From positions 4,935 through 68,934 of the forward strand of contig DATCVB010000026.1 in the NCBI GenBank assembly GCA_036567185.1: 64,000 bases of DNA, in the 5' to 3' direction. The notes under the pieces were generated by a model that saw only the letters and a list, made by a program, of their open reading frames with translations, had not been told where the DNA came from and made no database searches. The stretch is from Methylotenera sp. (GTDB lineage: Bacteria > Pseudomonadota > Gammaproteobacteria > Burkholderiales > Methylophilaceae). The position numbers and the translations under genes were made by a program. Shown one piece after another: positions 28,571 through 39,682 of this stretch; within the stretch, counting starts at the first letter, position 1, and each line of letters begins with the position of its first letter.

Positions 28571-31345
28571 CTATTGCTCGTAAAAAATCACCTTGTTTCG
28601 ACCAGCACTTTTAGCCTGATACATCCCATCATCTGCCAGCTTAATAATTTCTTCTTTGCTTGGCGTCATTCCCTTAAACAACACGACACCTATACTCGCA
28701 GTACAATAGTGCTCTACAGTGACATTAACACCTTCATTATTAGTAATATTGATCAAATAAGGCTCAGATAAAACGGAGCGAATTTTTTCAGATATTTTTT
28801 CAGCCTGCTGCCTTGATACCGACTCATCCGTATCAAGTTCGGCCAGCATCACTACAAACTCATCACCGCCAATGCGCGCTACCGTATCCATTTCTCGCAC
28901 ACATTTCTGCAAACGATTTGCAACCTCAATTAATAACTTGTCACCTGCTTCATGTCCATGTGCGTCATTCAGTGGTTTAAAATTGTCCAGATCCATGAAC
29001 ATTAATGCACCATACCGAAGGCTCCGTTTGCTGGATAATTGTGCCTGGCTTATCCGTTCAATCAATAGACGACGATTAGGCAGGTTGGTAAGGACATCAT
29101 GAAGCGCAAGATGACGTATCTGCTGCTCCATTTTCTTACGCTCTGTAATATCGAAAAACGTTGCAATTGCACCAATAACCATCCCATCAACCACAATGGG
29201 CTGTGACCAATATTCAACTTGAATTGCATAACCGCTTTTATGCCAGAATACTTCATCCGCACAGTGGACTTCTAAATTATTTCTGTAAGCTGCATATATT
29301 CGACATTCGCTAGCTGGGTAGTGAGTACCATCTGCATGCGAGTGGTGAATGAGTTCGTGAATATGCTTCCCTACAACCTCTTCTTCAGTTTCATAACCTA
29401 GAATTTTCAGAAATGAATTATTTACAAAAGTACAGTTACCATGAGTATCGACCCCGTAAGCACCTTCCGCTAAAGATTGCAGCAAAGAATCCATTTTTTT
29501 ATTGGATTCACGCAGTGCCCGTTCTGCCTGTTTTCGTGAGGTGACATCCAGTTTCACTGCTACATAGTGACTTACTTTTCCATCACCATCCTGAATTGGA
29601 GAAATATAAGCTTCTTCATAAAATATCTCACCATTTTTCCGCTTATTCACAAACTCACCTTGCCAACTTTCGCCTTTAGTAAGCTTTGACCACATGTCAT
29701 CATAAACCTTGCTATCAGTCATCCCGGATTGCAATACGCGTGGATTTTTCCCTAGCACCTCATCCAGCGTATAACCGGCCTCCTTGGTAAAAGCTGTATT
29801 GATGTATTCGATTTGAGCTGCAATATCCGTAATTGCAACAGATGTAGGACTTTGTTCAATAGCCGTAGATAACATGCGTAGCTTAAGTTCGGTTGCCTTG
29901 CGTTCAGTAATGTCACGAGAGATACCGAGCACGCCGATTATTTGTCCATTAGCATCTTTTAAAGGCACTTTGACGGCTTCGAATAAGCCTCGATAACCTC
30001 CATCGGCAAAAGTAATCCATTCTTCGTTAGATACTGCTTTATTCGCCATCATCGCTCTATGATCGTTCTGCCGGAATGAATCAGCTTGTTGCTTATCTAC
30101 GAAGTCATAATCCGCCTTGCCAATAATATCTGCTTCTTTCGCACCATAAAATCGTTCGAATGCCGAGTTGCAGGACATATAAACACCTTTAACGTCTTTC
30201 AGCCAGATAAGATCAGGAATGGTTTGCAGCAGGGTATGAAGTTGCGCATTCTTTCTTCCAAGCACATCTAGTAAGTTATTAAAGCCGCTAATTAGCTCGC
30301 CAATTTCGTTATTAGCACCTGTAGGCAATGGCAGGTGACTTCCTCCAGCTTTAGATAAAGCAGCAAGTTGTTTTACTGCAGTAAACATAGGTACCAGTTC
30401 ACGTTTTAACATCCACCATATTAAGCCACCCGCAACCAATGTCATTAATGTTGCAAAGAGCATAATATGTTGCTTAACATCTTCAATTGGCGCAAAAGCC
30501 TCTTTAACCGGCAATGCTACAACAATAAACCAATCTGCAATGTGAACGCGTCTGGCTGAGGCAAGTACCTTCACCCCGAGAGGGCTGACGGTAATGTCAG
30601 TATCATCGAAGCCATTAACATGGCGATCAATCAGTTTATTAACGCCAGGTGCTGGTAGTGATTGCATGATGCGGCGCTTGTCAGTGCCGGTGATAATTAA
30701 CCTGCTTTTTGCGTCTTCAAGTAAGAAATAGCCGGTTTTGCTATAATCATTCTGGAATAGTTTATCTAAAAAATTAGGTTTTCCCAGATCAGTCACGCCC
30801 ACTAATGCTGCAACTACTTTACCTTGGGAATCGCGAACCGGTACTACCACATTAAAAAGAGGCGTTCCTAGCACTTTACCAATGATAGGTCTGGTAATCG
30901 TTGACTCACCTTGTTTGAGCGCAGCCAACACATAGTCCCGCTCCATGTAACTAACGCCAACCCTTTTGATTGAAGAAGGTATGGACGCACTTGCCACACC
31001 ATCGGCACCAACAATAAAAGCACCGGCATTGAAGTTTCTTTGGATAACCAGTTGCTCATCCAATATAGCTTGTAATCGCTTATGGTCTTTTGACGATATT
31101 GGCGCTATTTTTTCCGCAACTTTTTCTAATACATCCAGACGCTCTCGTAGCTCTTCGTTGACCTGTGTTGCAAGAATTGCTGCGATTGAGGTTTGTTGAT
31201 CTGCTAATTGCCTTTGCATACCTTCATGCAATTGCTGACTGATTAAAAAATACAGTATCCAAACCCCAATAACAAAGATTCCCACAGTGAACAGTGTCAC
31301 ACGGGTTTTAATTGAGTGGAAATTAAAGGTGTTTGAATTGGTCAT
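28571..31345 (-). CDS. Membrane-bound diguanylate cyclase (TM, dCache, TM, HAMP-like, 3x PAS/PAC, GGDEF)
   Basis: Two TM segments around a Cache-like loop; PAC-type ends (RDITERK, LDVTSRK, FDITERK); DLDNFK; intact GGDEF with REMD I-site; no EAL domain. Confidence 0.92.
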   Translation of the reverse strand: MTNSNTFNFHSIKTRVTLFTVGIFVIGVWILYFLISQQLHEGMQRQLADQQTSIAAILATQVNEELRERLDVLEKVAEKIAPISSKDHKRLQAILDEQLVIQRNFNAGAFIVGADGVASASIPSSIKRVGVSYMERDYVLAALKQGESTITRPIIGKVLGTPLFNVVVPVRDSQGKVVAALVGVTDLGKPNFLDKLFQNDYSKTGYFLLEDAKSRLIITGTDKRRIMQSLPAPGVNKLIDRHVNGFDDTDITVSPLGVKVLASARRVHIADWFIVVALPVKEAFAPIEDVKQHIMLFATLMTLVAGGLIWWMLKRELVPMFTAVKQLAALSKAGGSHLPLPTGANNEIGELISGFNNLLDVLGRKNAQLHTLLQTIPDLIWLKDVKGVYMSCNSAFERFYGAKEADIIGKADYDFVDKQQADSFRQNDHRAMMANKAVSNEEWITFADGGYRGLFEAVKVPLKDANGQIIGVLGISRDITERKATELKLRMLSTAIEQSPTSVAITDIAAQIEYINTAFTKEAGYTLDEVLGKNPRVLQSGMTDSKVYDDMWSKLTKGESWQGEFVNKRKNGEIFYEEAYISPIQDGDGKVSHYVAVKLDVTSRKQAERALRESNKKMDSLLQSLAEGAYGVDTHGNCTFVNNSFLKILGYETEEEVVGKHIHELIHHSHADGTHYPASECRIYAAYRNNLEVHCADEVFWHKSGYAIQVEYWSQPIVVDGMVIGAIATFFDITERKKMEQQIRHLALHDVLTNLPNRRLLIERISQAQLSSKRSLRYGALMFMDLDNFKPLNDAHGHEAGDKLLIEVANRLQKCVREMDTVARIGGDEFVVMLAELDTDESVSRQQAEKISEKIRSVLSEPYLINITNNEGVNVTVEHYCTASIGVVLFKGMTPSKEEIIKLADDGMYQAKSAGRNKVIFYEQ

Positions 31346-31382
31346 AATTATGGATAATGAATCGCCACCAACCTTATAGACA

Positions 31383-32285
31383 CTAGTCAGCCGTTTTTCT
31401 GAATTGATTTTCGTAGTCTATCGGAGATAACAAGTTATTGGAATTGTGACGTCGTTTTGAGTTGTAGAACAACTCAATGTAGTCAAAGATATCCTGCCTT
31501 GCTTCATCGCGATGGTTGTATATTTTTCGTTTAATCCTTTCCCGTTTAAGAAGTTGAAAGAAGCTTTCAGCCACAGCATTGTCGTGGCAGTTGCCGCGTC
31601 TGCTCATGCTCGATTCCAAGTTGTGTGCTTTTAAAAATACATCCCAATCCTCACTGGTGTATTGGCTACCTTGATCAGAATGTATCAATACCTTGTTTTT
31701 TGGTTTCCTGCGCCATACAGCCATCAGCAACGCATCCAACACCAGTTCTTTAGTAATCCTTGACTGCATAGACCAGCCCACAATGCGCCTGGAGAATAAA
31801 TCCATCACCACTGCAAGATATAACCAGCCCTCATGGGTGCGGATATAGGTAATGTCTGTCACCCATGACTGGTCCGGATGTATTGGGTTGAACTGCCTAT
31901 TTAATGTGTTGGGGCTGGTTAAGTAAGGTTTGCCACCGTAATGCCTTGGCTTACGGTAACCTACCTGTGCTTTTAATCCATGAGCGTGCATCAAGCGATA
32001 GACACGATTGATGCCAATCCACTCACCCAATGCACGCATGTCGCTATGCACTTTACGATAGCCATAAACACCACCGGATTCCAGCCAACATTGCTTAATC
32101 AATCCTGTTTGGCGCTGATCATTTTTATAGCGTATGGAATTTGGCTGCTTTAGCCATGCATAGAATCCGCTAGGATGGACTTCTAGCATCTGGCACAGCC
32201 ATCTGGTCGGCCAACAGTCCTGATGGTCTTTAATGAAGGCATATCTTACTCGGACTGTTTTGCGAAGTATGCCGCGGCTTTTTTT
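31383..32285 (-). CDS. IS3 OrfB DDE transposase (expressed as OrfAB by -1 frameshift)
   Basis: WVTDITY, HSDQGSQY, GNCHDNAVAESFF; frame is open back to the A7 run. Confidence 0.93.
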   Translation of the reverse strand, partial: KKSRGILRKTVRVRYAFIKDHQDCWPTRWLCQMLEVHPSGFYAWLKQPNSIRYKNDQRQTGLIKQCWLESGGVYGYRKVHSDMRALGEWIGINRVYRLMHAHGLKAQVGYRKPRHYGGKPYLTSPNTLNRQFNPIHPDQSWVTDITYIRTHEGWLYLAVVMDLFSRRIVGWSMQSRITKELVLDALLMAVWRRKPKNKVLIHSDQGSQYTSEDWDVFLKAHNLESSMSRRGNCHDNAVAESFFQLLKRERIKRKIYNHRDEARQDIFDYIELFYNSKRRHNSNNLLSPIDYENQFRKTAD

Positions 32286-32524
32286 AGCAGATCACGTTCT
32301 TCTGTGACGCGCTTTAGCTCTTTGCGCAGTTGAGTTAACTCAGCTTGCTCTGCATTTTTGGTTTGATAGGCCGCAGCATCTGGTCCATATTTCTTGACCC
32401 ATGCATAAAGACTATCTGCTGTTACATCAAGTCGTCTTGCCACATCGGATACTGCATACCCACCTTCTGTGATTTGACGTACTGCTGCTAATTTGAATTC
32501 TTCTGGATAACGTTTCGCACTCAT
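32246..32524 (-). CDS. IS3 OrfA (HTH)
   Basis: RYPEEFK, VARRLDV..SLYAW, ERDLLKKAAAYFAK. Confidence 0.93.
   Translation of the reverse strand: MSAKRYPEEFKLAAVRQITEGGYAVSDVARRLDVTADSLYAWVKKYGPDAAAYQTKNAEQAELTQLRKELKRVTEERDLLKKAAAYFAKQSE
32278..32285 (-). other. Programmed -1 ribosomal frameshift site (A7G) of the IS
   Basis: CTAAAAAAAGCCGCGGC on the - strand; a -1 shift reads KKSRGILRKTVRVRYAFIK...CQMLEV into OrfB. Confidence 0.85.
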
Positions 32525-32915
32525 TTTACACACCTTTTTAAGTTGCCATTATTACGGCTCTAAGGTGTCTAGTAAACTAGTGGCGATTCATAAGTCTAAT
32601 TTTTATCAACCACATATCTACAGTATAGCTACTCTTTGGAGGAAGTAAACATTAGCTCCATTCCGAATAAATAATGCTAAATAAATAAGTCATTACTCAA
32701 AATAGCAGCCAGATTTATCGCTAATATTGTCGTTTAAAAACTAAAGTCTTTATAAAAAAATCTTCTGATTTTATTTAACATACCAGGAAATTAAACCACT
32801 CATATTTACAATGCTCCATTCAAAATATGCTCTATTAGCGCTCAATAAAAAAGTCACGCTAGTCAGCGTATAATGTTCACTTTATAAATTAAGCATTTTT
32901 TAAGTGACCGTATTC

Positions 32916-33356
32916 ATGCAAATTACTACCCGCCTTGAGTTTGACTCCGGACATCGCATTCCTAATCATAAAAGCCAATGCAGAAACCTGCACGGCCATC
33001 GTTACGTGCTCGAAATCACCTTGTCCGGTGATATCATCAAGCAGGAAAACGCCTCCGAAAATGGCATGGTGATGGACTTCTCCGATGTCAAAGCGATTGC
33101 CAAGGAATCTGTAGTGAACGTGTGGGATCATGCGTTTCTGGTATACCAGCACGATACTGAAGTACTGAACTTTTTAAACTCGCTGCCAGATCACAAAACA
33201 GTCGTGTTCCCCACAGTGCCTACGGCAGAGAACATGGCGCTTGAGGCATTCAGGATACTCAAATCCAAATACCATGACACTTATGGCAACCACTTAAAGC
33301 TGGAAAAGGTGCGCCTGTATGAAACGCCTAATAGCTGGGCTGACGCACTAGGCTAG
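32916..33356 (+). CDS. queD: 6-carboxy-5,6,7,8-tetrahydropterin synthase
   Basis: FDSGHRI, CRNLHGHRY, GMVMDF, WDH, PTAEN, LYETP. Confidence 0.92.
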   Translation: MQITTRLEFDSGHRIPNHKSQCRNLHGHRYVLEITLSGDIIKQENASENGMVMDFSDVKAIAKESVVNVWDHAFLVYQHDTEVLNFLNSLPDHKTVVFPTVPTAENMALEAFRILKSKYHDTYGNHLKLEKVRLYETPNSWADALG

Positions 33357-33373
33357 CTTTCAGACTAAGTCAT

Positions 33374-34279
33374 CTAAGTGATGGCTTGTAACTCAGCAAT
33401 CAAAGCGACATGCCAATCTGGCAATGTTACTGAAAAATCCTTGGCCAGCTTGGTGCAGTCCAGGCATGAGTTAGCCGGACGTACCGCAGGTGTTGGGTAT
33501 TCCTGCGTACTGATTGCCTGTATATTTTCCGGGCTTACTTTAAGTAACGGCAGGCCGTGGGCCATTTGAATACGGTTGTATTCTTCTACAATCGCCATTG
33601 CAAAACCGTGCCATGACGTCTGCCCGGCATTCGCCAGATGATAGGTTCCGGTAAGCGCATGCTGCCAATGCCCGATCACAGATAAAACCGCATTAGCAAT
33701 ACTGGTACTGCTGGTAGGCGCGCCAAACTGATCCGCTACAATTCTCAGCTCATCGCGTTCGGCCGCTAAACGTAAAATTGTATTCAAGAAGTTCTTGCCG
33801 TAAGCGCCATACACCCAGGAGGTGCGAAAAATCAGGTGCTGTAGCCCGACTGACCTGATTGCATCCTCACCCGCAAGTTTGCTTTTGCCATACACGCTTA
33901 AAGGTTGCGTTGCATCCTCTTCAACATAAGTACCATGCTTAGTGCCTGCATACACATAATCTGTAGAGAAATGAATTAACCTGGCACCGACTTTAGCCGA
34001 CTCTTCTGCCAGCACTTGCGGAGCTGTTGCATTAATTGCATAAGCCAACTCAGGTTCTGACTCAGCCTTGTCTACTGCCGTATACGCGGCCGGATTAATG
34101 ATCAAATCCGGCTGTATCGTCTGCACGGCACGGCGAATTGCACCCTGATCGGTCAAATCCAGCTGGCTACGATCTAAACCTATAACAATGCCTGCAAAAG
34201 AAGCTTCTTTTAAAAAAGCCTTTTGTAAGGCATGGCCAACCTGTCCATTAACACCGGTTAGTAATATTTTTTTATACAC
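33374..34279 (-). CDS. rfbD: dTDP-4-dehydrorhamnose reductase
   Basis: TGVNGQVG, AAYTAVDKAE, STDYVY, YGKSK, DQFGAPT. Confidence 0.95.
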   Translation of the reverse strand: MYKKILLTGVNGQVGHALQKAFLKEASFAGIVIGLDRSQLDLTDQGAIRRAVQTIQPDLIINPAAYTAVDKAESEPELAYAINATAPQVLAEESAKVGARLIHFSTDYVYAGTKHGTYVEEDATQPLSVYGKSKLAGEDAIRSVGLQHLIFRTSWVYGAYGKNFLNTILRLAAERDELRIVADQFGAPTSSTSIANAVLSVIGHWQHALTGTYHLANAGQTSWHGFAMAIVEEYNRIQMAHGLPLLKVSPENIQAISTQEYPTPAVRPANSCLDCTKLAKDFSVTLPDWHVALIAELQAIT

Positions 34280-34284
34280 TAGGT

Positions 34285-34833
34285 TTACTCTTCAAAAACA
34301 TCGGCTGCAGAAAAATCCAGACCTAATTGGTCTTTAGCCGACAGTGCTGGCTCACCTGCCAGCGGCCATTCAATAGCGATTTCAGGGTCATCCCAACGGA
34401 TACAGCGCTCATGCTGCGGTGCATAGTAATCTGTGGTCTTATATAAAAACTCCGTACCTTCTTTAAGTACCAGAAAACCATGTGCGAAGCCAGGTGGAAC
34501 CCAGAGCTGGCGCTTATTCTCGGCAGAAAGCATCACGCCTACCCATTTGCCAAAGCTTGCAGACTCGCGGCGCAGGTCAACCGCCACATCAAACACTTCA
34601 CCGGCAACTACCCGCACCAGCTTGCCCTGTGGCTGCTGAATCTGGTAATGCAGGCCGCGTAATACGTTCACGGCTGATCTGGAGTGATTATCCTGAACGA
34701 AATCCGCTTTAACGCCGGTGAGCGACTCGAATTTCTGCTGATTAAAACTCTCAAAAAAGAAACCGCGTTCATCACCGTACACTTGCGGCTCTAAAATCAA
34801 TACTTCCGGAATTGCTGTTTGAACGACTTGCAT
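34285..34833 (-). CDS. rfbC: dTDP-4-dehydrorhamnose 3,5-epimerase
   Basis: GDERGFF, VQDNHS, LRGLHYQ, GFAHGF, YKTTDYY. Confidence 0.96.
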   Translation of the reverse strand: MQVVQTAIPEVLILEPQVYGDERGFFFESFNQQKFESLTGVKADFVQDNHSRSAVNVLRGLHYQIQQPQGKLVRVVAGEVFDVAVDLRRESASFGKWVGVMLSAENKRQLWVPPGFAHGFLVLKEGTEFLYKTTDYYAPQHERCIRWDDPEIAIEWPLAGEPALSAKDQLGLDFSAADVFEE

Positions 34834-35708
34834 CAGTACACCTGCTCGCTTAATACCAGTTTCAGATACTGGCCATAACCATTTTTAATATATTTATTCG
34901 CCAGCGCATCCAATGCATCAGCATCAATATAACGCATACGATAAGCTACTTCTTCCGGACACGCAATTTTCAAGCCCTGACGCTTCTCGATAGTTTGGAT
35001 AAACATTGAAGCTTCCAGCAAGGAGTCATGCGTACCGGTATCCAGCCAGGCAATACCACGACCCATCACTTTCACCTGTAAATCACCGTTTTGCAGATAG
35101 ATGCGGTTCACATCGGTAATTTCCAGTTCACCGCGCGGTGAAGGTTTTAACTGTGCAGCGATATCCACTACGCGGTTATCGTAGAAATATAAACCGGTCA
35201 CCGCGTACCTGGATTTAGGTACTGCGGGCTTTTCTTCCAGACTCACAGCCTGACCCTGCGAATTAAACTCAACCACACCATAACGCTCCGGGTCACTAAC
35301 CGGATATGCAAATACGCTAGCACCTTGCTTAAGCTTGGCAGCTTCCTGCGTCATTACCGCCAGTTCATGGCCATAAAAAATATTATCCCCCAGCACCAGC
35401 GCGCAGCTATCCTGGCCAATAAAGTCTTTGCCGATAATAAACGCCTGCGCAAGACCATCAGGTGACGGTTGCACTGCGTATTGAATCGACACGCCCCATT
35501 GACTGCCGTCACCCAACAACTGCTGAAAACGCGGCGTGTCTTCCGGGGTAGAAATCACCAGAATGTCACGGATACCTGCCAACATTAAAGTGGTCAGTGG
35601 ATAATAAATCATGGGTTTATCGTAAACCGGCAGCAACTGTTTAGAAACTACCTGCGTTACCGGATGCAGACGTGTGCCGGAGCCACCGGCTAAGATAATG
35701 CCTTTCAT
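34833..35708 (-). CDS. rfbA: Glucose-1-phosphate thymidylyltransferase
   Basis: [38 protein letters not shown]. Confidence 0.97.
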   Translation of the reverse strand: MKGIILAGGSGTRLHPVTQVVSKQLLPVYDKPMIYYPLTTLMLAGIRDILVISTPEDTPRFQQLLGDGSQWGVSIQYAVQPSPDGLAQAFIIGKDFIGQDSCALVLGDNIFYGHELAVMTQEAAKLKQGASVFAYPVSDPERYGVVEFNSQGQAVSLEEKPAVPKSRYAVTGLYFYDNRVVDIAAQLKPSPRGELEITDVNRIYLQNGDLQVKVMGRGIAWLDTGTHDSLLEASMFIQTIEKRQGLKIACPEEVAYRMRYIDADALDALANKYIKNGYGQYLKLVLSEQVY

Positions 35709-35711
35709 ACT

Positions 35712-35912
35712 GAGGCCTTTGCAAAAGTGTTTATTGTAAATACAGCATTACCCGTAAAGGGCATACCCGTTAATACGGCTGCTGAAGCAGCTCGGCTTAA
35801 CGCTAAAGGCGCACGGAGCGCAATAGCCGAGATAGTATGTATTAATACAGCGAGGTTATGAGCACCGTGCAACGCAGTGATGTGTTGCAAGAAATGCTTT
35901 TGCAAAGGTCTC
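35712..35912 (+). mobile_element. Miniature palindromic element (MITE-like), copy 1, with GAG(A/G)CCTTTGCAAAA terminal repeats
   Basis: Roughly 28-bp imperfect terminal inverted repeats; internal core AAGGCGCACGGA..CCGAGATAGTATGTA..TACAGCGAGGTT..CAACGCAG shared with 47296-47439. Confidence 0.8.
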
Positions 35913-36996
35913 AAGCCATCTCCTCGCCACGCTCTGCATAATGTGTCTCTACCCAATTACGATACTCACCGCTGGTGACATTATTCACCCAATCCTGATT
36001 CTGCAGGAACCAATCCACGGTTTTCTCAATACCGGTGTCAAAAGTTTCAACCGGTTTCCAGCCTAACTCATTGGAAATTTTGCTGGCATCAATCGCATAA
36101 CGCTGGTCATGGCCTAATCTATCTTCCACATATGTGATCTGTTCTGCATACGAATGGCCGTCTGCACGCGGTTTTTTCTTATCCAGCATTCTGCACAGTG
36201 TACGCACTACTTCGATATTAGGCTTTTCGTTCCAGCCGCCTACATTATAAACCTCACCTACCCTGCCAGCCTCCAGCACACGACGAATCGCTGCACAGTG
36301 ATCTTCCACATACAGCCAGTCACGAATCTGCTGACCGTTGCCGTAAATCGGTAATGGCTTGCCGGTTAATGCATTGTGTATCACCAATGGAATTAGTTTT
36401 TCCGGGAAATGATGCGGCCCATAATTGTTTGAGCAATTGGTGGTCAGTGTCGGCAAGCCGTAGGTATGGTGATAAGCACGTACCAAATGGTCAGATGCCG
36501 CTTTAGAGGCGGAATATGGGCTGTTAGGCGCATACGGGGTAGTTTCAGTAAATGCAGCGTCGTTTTTGCCTAATGAGCCATAGACTTCATCGGTCGACAC
36601 ATGCAGAAAACGGAAGTTTTTCTTATGTTCTGTATCCAGGCCAGCCCAATAGCCACGCACTGCTTCGAGCAGATGAAACGTACCCACCACATTAGTTTGA
36701 ATAAAATCTTCAGGGCCGTGAATAGATCTGTCTACATGGCTTTCAGCCGCAAAATTCACAACCGCTGATGGCTTGTGTTGTGCGAGAAGTTTATCGAGCA
36801 GATGGCGGTCGCCAATATCACCATGTACAAAAACATGGTGCGCATCGTGACCCAATGAGGTCAGGTTATCAAGATTGCCCGCATAAGTTAGCTTATCCAG
36901 ATTAACTACAGTACCCAAACCCTGCTTTACCCACGCCAGCACGAAATTAGAGCCGATAAAACCGGCGCCGCCTGTTACTAGAATTGTCTTATTCAT
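35911..36996 (-). CDS. rfbB: dTDP-glucose 4,6-dehydratase
   Basis: TGGAGFIGSNF, DKLTYAGN, AAESHVDRSI, STDEVYG, YSASK. Confidence 0.97.
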   Translation of the reverse strand: MNKTILVTGGAGFIGSNFVLAWVKQGLGTVVNLDKLTYAGNLDNLTSLGHDAHHVFVHGDIGDRHLLDKLLAQHKPSAVVNFAAESHVDRSIHGPEDFIQTNVVGTFHLLEAVRGYWAGLDTEHKKNFRFLHVSTDEVYGSLGKNDAAFTETTPYAPNSPYSASKAASDHLVRAYHHTYGLPTLTTNCSNNYGPHHFPEKLIPLVIHNALTGKPLPIYGNGQQIRDWLYVEDHCAAIRRVLEAGRVGEVYNVGGWNEKPNIEVVRTLCRMLDKKKPRADGHSYAEQITYVEDRLGHDQRYAIDASKISNELGWKPVETFDTGIEKTVDWFLQNQDWVNNVTSGEYRNWVETHYAERGEEMA

Positions 36997-37041
36997 TTTA
37001 TTCTTTCTTAAACGGTATACACCGTAAACACATCAACACCA

Positions 37042-37725
37042 CTAACTATTCCAAATACAGTTACCTGATTTGGCAAGCCCTGCTAAATACTCTTCATGTG
37101 CGGCCTGTTCATCTGCAGTTGCCAGCTTAATCAGAATAGGTGCATTAACTTTTGGCACAACATCGATACCAGTCTGCTCCGGCTTATCTAACGTCATCAT
37201 CAGGCTTTCCTGACCACGCGTCATCGCCATATACACATCGGCTAACAGCTCAGCATCCAATAACGCACCGTGTAAAGTACGTCTTGAGTTATCTATACCA
37301 AAATGCCTGCACAACGCATCCAGATTATTACGCTGCCCCGGTCGCATCTCTTTGGCTATTTTCAGTGTATCGGTCACTTTTGCCGTTATGGCTTCCACGG
37401 TTTTAAGCCCAAGCAAACCAAACTCGCTATTCAGAAAACCTACGTCAAATGGCGCGTTATGCATTATCAACTCTGAATCAGCGATAAAAGCAATCAGATC
37501 ATTGGCGATATCGGCAAAACGCGGTTTATCCTGCAAAAACTCCAATGAAATACCATGCACTTCCTGCGCCCCTTGATCAATCTCGCGATCAGGATTCAGG
37601 TAATAGTGAAAATGGTTCTTAGTCAGGCGACGATTAACCACTTCAACAGCAGCCACTTCAATCACGCGGTGCCCCTGAGTGTGATACAAGCCTGTGGTTT
37701 CCGTATCGAGAAAAATTTGCCTCAT
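37042..37725 (-). CDS. dnaQ: DNA polymerase III epsilon subunit
   Basis: [26 protein letters not shown]. Confidence 0.96.
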   Translation of the reverse strand: MRQIFLDTETTGLYHTQGHRVIEVAAVEVVNRRLTKNHFHYYLNPDREIDQGAQEVHGISLEFLQDKPRFADIANDLIAFIADSELIMHNAPFDVGFLNSEFGLLGLKTVEAITAKVTDTLKIAKEMRPGQRNNLDALCRHFGIDNSRRTLHGALLDAELLADVYMAMTRGQESLMMTLDKPEQTGIDVVPKVNAPILIKLATADEQAAHEEYLAGLAKSGNCIWNS

Positions 37726-38195
37726 GCTGCACCTCCTTGCATAACCTGCTCCACGCCTTTGTTTGCCAGCATATCTGCGCGTTCATTACCGGCATTACCG
37801 GCATGTCCCTTGACCCAAACCCACTCAACAGTATGCTGCTGCGCAAGCACATCCAGTTCACGCCACAGGTCATCATTCTTTACCGGTTTTTTGTCTGCGG
37901 TACGCCAGTTACGTGCTTTCCAGCCCGTAATCCACTCAGACATGCCTTTTTGCACATACACTGAATCAGTAAACACGCGGGCATGGCATGATCTTTTAAG
38001 CGCTTCCAGCGCTCGAATCACCGCAGTCAGTTCCATGCGGTTGTTGGTAGTATTCATTTCACCGCCAAACAGCTCTTTTTCATGCCCGTCATAATGTATC
38101 CATGCACCCCAGCCGCCAGGACCAGGATTGCCTTTACAGGCGCCATCCGCATAAATCTCTACGGTACGGTGCTGGGTTGAATCTATTTTTGTCAT
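37722..38195 (-). CDS. rnhA: Ribonuclease HI
   Basis: [39 protein letters not shown] overlap with dnaQ. Confidence 0.96.
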   Translation of the reverse strand: MTKIDSTQHRTVEIYADGACKGNPGPGGWGAWIHYDGHEKELFGGEMNTTNNRMELTAVIRALEALKRSCHARVFTDSVYVQKGMSEWITGWKARNWRTADKKPVKNDDLWRELDVLAQQHTVEWVWVKGHAGNAGNERADMLANKGVEQVMQGGAA

Positions 38196-38332
38196 GAAAA
38201 ACATTACTCACTATTTATTATTATGTCTGCACCAATTATAAAACATTCAAGTGCCTATTTAGTCATTTAGAGCAGTGATATCAGTTTAAATAAACACTGC
38301 GCAGTAAATTAAAGCTAGTTAGCTGAATCAAA

Positions 38333-38360
38333 AAAAATGCACCTGATCAGGTGCATTTTT
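38333..38360 (-). terminator. Intrinsic terminator after argG (perfect palindrome)
   Basis: AAAAATGCACCTGATCAGGTGCATTTTT. Confidence 0.8.
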
Positions 38361-38400
38361 ATTAGTCGCGCCAAAAACATCAGCGCTTGAAAATCAACGC

Positions 38401-39621
38401 TTACTTTTTGTTTCTGAGGTTTGCCGCAATACGCATTCTCAATGCATTCAGCTTGATAAAGCCGCCTGCGTCTTTTTGATCATACGCGCCTTTGTCATCC
38501 TCAAACGTTGCAATGGTTGGGTCAAACAACGAATTTGTTTTACTGTCACGGCCAGTGATAATCACATTGCCTTTGTACAGCTTCACACGTACCCAGCCGT
38601 TGACTGAAGCTTGTGTATGATCAATCAATGTCTGCAGGGCAATACGCTCAGGACTCCACCAGTAACCGTTATAGATCATGCTGGCGTAACGTGGCATCAA
38701 ATCATCTTTCAAATGCGCTACTTCACGATCCAGTGTAATAGACTCGATAGCACGGTGTGCTTTGAGCATAATGGTGCCGCCCGGGGTTTCGTAGCAGCCA
38801 CGTGATTTCATACCCACATAGCGATTCTCAACCAGGTCCAAACGACCGATACCATGTTTGCCGCCAATAGCGTTCAGATGCGCCAGCAGCTCATGCGGCT
38901 TCATTGCTTCGCCATTCAGGCTGACCGGGTCACCGTTCACATATTCAATATCCAGATACTCCGCTGCATCCGGCGCTTTTTCCGGGCTTACACTCCAGCG
39001 CCACATTGACTCTTCAGCTTCTGCAGCCGGGTTTTCAAGATGACGGCCTTCGTAAGAGATATGCAGCAGGTTGGCATCCATACTGTATGGACTGCCGCCT
39101 TGCTTGTGCTTCATATCAACCGGAATACCATGCTTTTCTGCATACGCCATGAGTTTTTCACGGCTTAAAAGATCCCATTCACGCCATGGGGCGATGATAT
39201 GAATGTTCGGGTTTAATGCATAAGCACCCAGCTCAAAACGCACCTGGTCGTTACCTTTACCGGTAGCACCGTGTGAAATTGCATCAGCATTGGTTTGATG
39301 CGCAACTTCAATCAAACGTTTTGCGATCAATGGACGGGCGATAGAAGTACCTAACAAATACTCGCCTTCATATACGGTATTGGCACGGAACATTGGGAAT
39401 ACAAAGTCGCGCACGAATTCTTCACGTACGTCATCAATGAAAATCTCTTTAACGCCGGCAGACATGGCTTTTGCACGCGCTGGTTCCAACTCTTCACCCT
39501 GACCCAGGTCAGCGGTATAAGTTACTACTTCACATTTATACTCATCTTGCAGCCATTTCAAAATAACTGACGTATCCAGGCCGCCAGAATAGGCTAAAAC
39601 CACTTTATTAATTTTGCTCAT
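38401..39621 (-). CDS. argG: Argininosuccinate synthase
   Basis: [33 protein letters not shown]. Confidence 0.97.
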   Translation of the reverse strand: MSKINKVVLAYSGGLDTSVILKWLQDEYKCEVVTYTADLGQGEELEPARAKAMSAGVKEIFIDDVREEFVRDFVFPMFRANTVYEGEYLLGTSIARPLIAKRLIEVAHQTNADAISHGATGKGNDQVRFELGAYALNPNIHIIAPWREWDLLSREKLMAYAEKHGIPVDMKHKQGGSPYSMDANLLHISYEGRHLENPAAEAEESMWRWSVSPEKAPDAAEYLDIEYVNGDPVSLNGEAMKPHELLAHLNAIGGKHGIGRLDLVENRYVGMKSRGCYETPGGTIMLKAHRAIESITLDREVAHLKDDLMPRYASMIYNGYWWSPERIALQTLIDHTQASVNGWVRVKLYKGNVIITGRDSKTNSLFDPTIATFEDDKGAYDQKDAGGFIKLNALRMRIAANLRNKK

Positions 39622-39682
39622 TACTTAATTTTCCCTAATTAAATCTTATCGTTACGAACACCGACTACAAAAACCGGTTTCG

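Larger units (their letters stand above)
31358..32590 (-). mobile_element. Complete IS3-family insertion sequence (1233 bp)
   Basis: TG...CA ends; 26-bp imperfect inverted repeats TGAATCGCCAC-N8-TAGACAC (20/26 identical); 3-bp TAA target duplication at 31355-31357 and 32591-32593; orfA/orfB pair. Confidence 0.96.

Noticed and set aside
35705..35956. 83-aa ORF between rfbB and rfbA
   Set aside because: It is the translation of the palindromic element and overlaps rfbB
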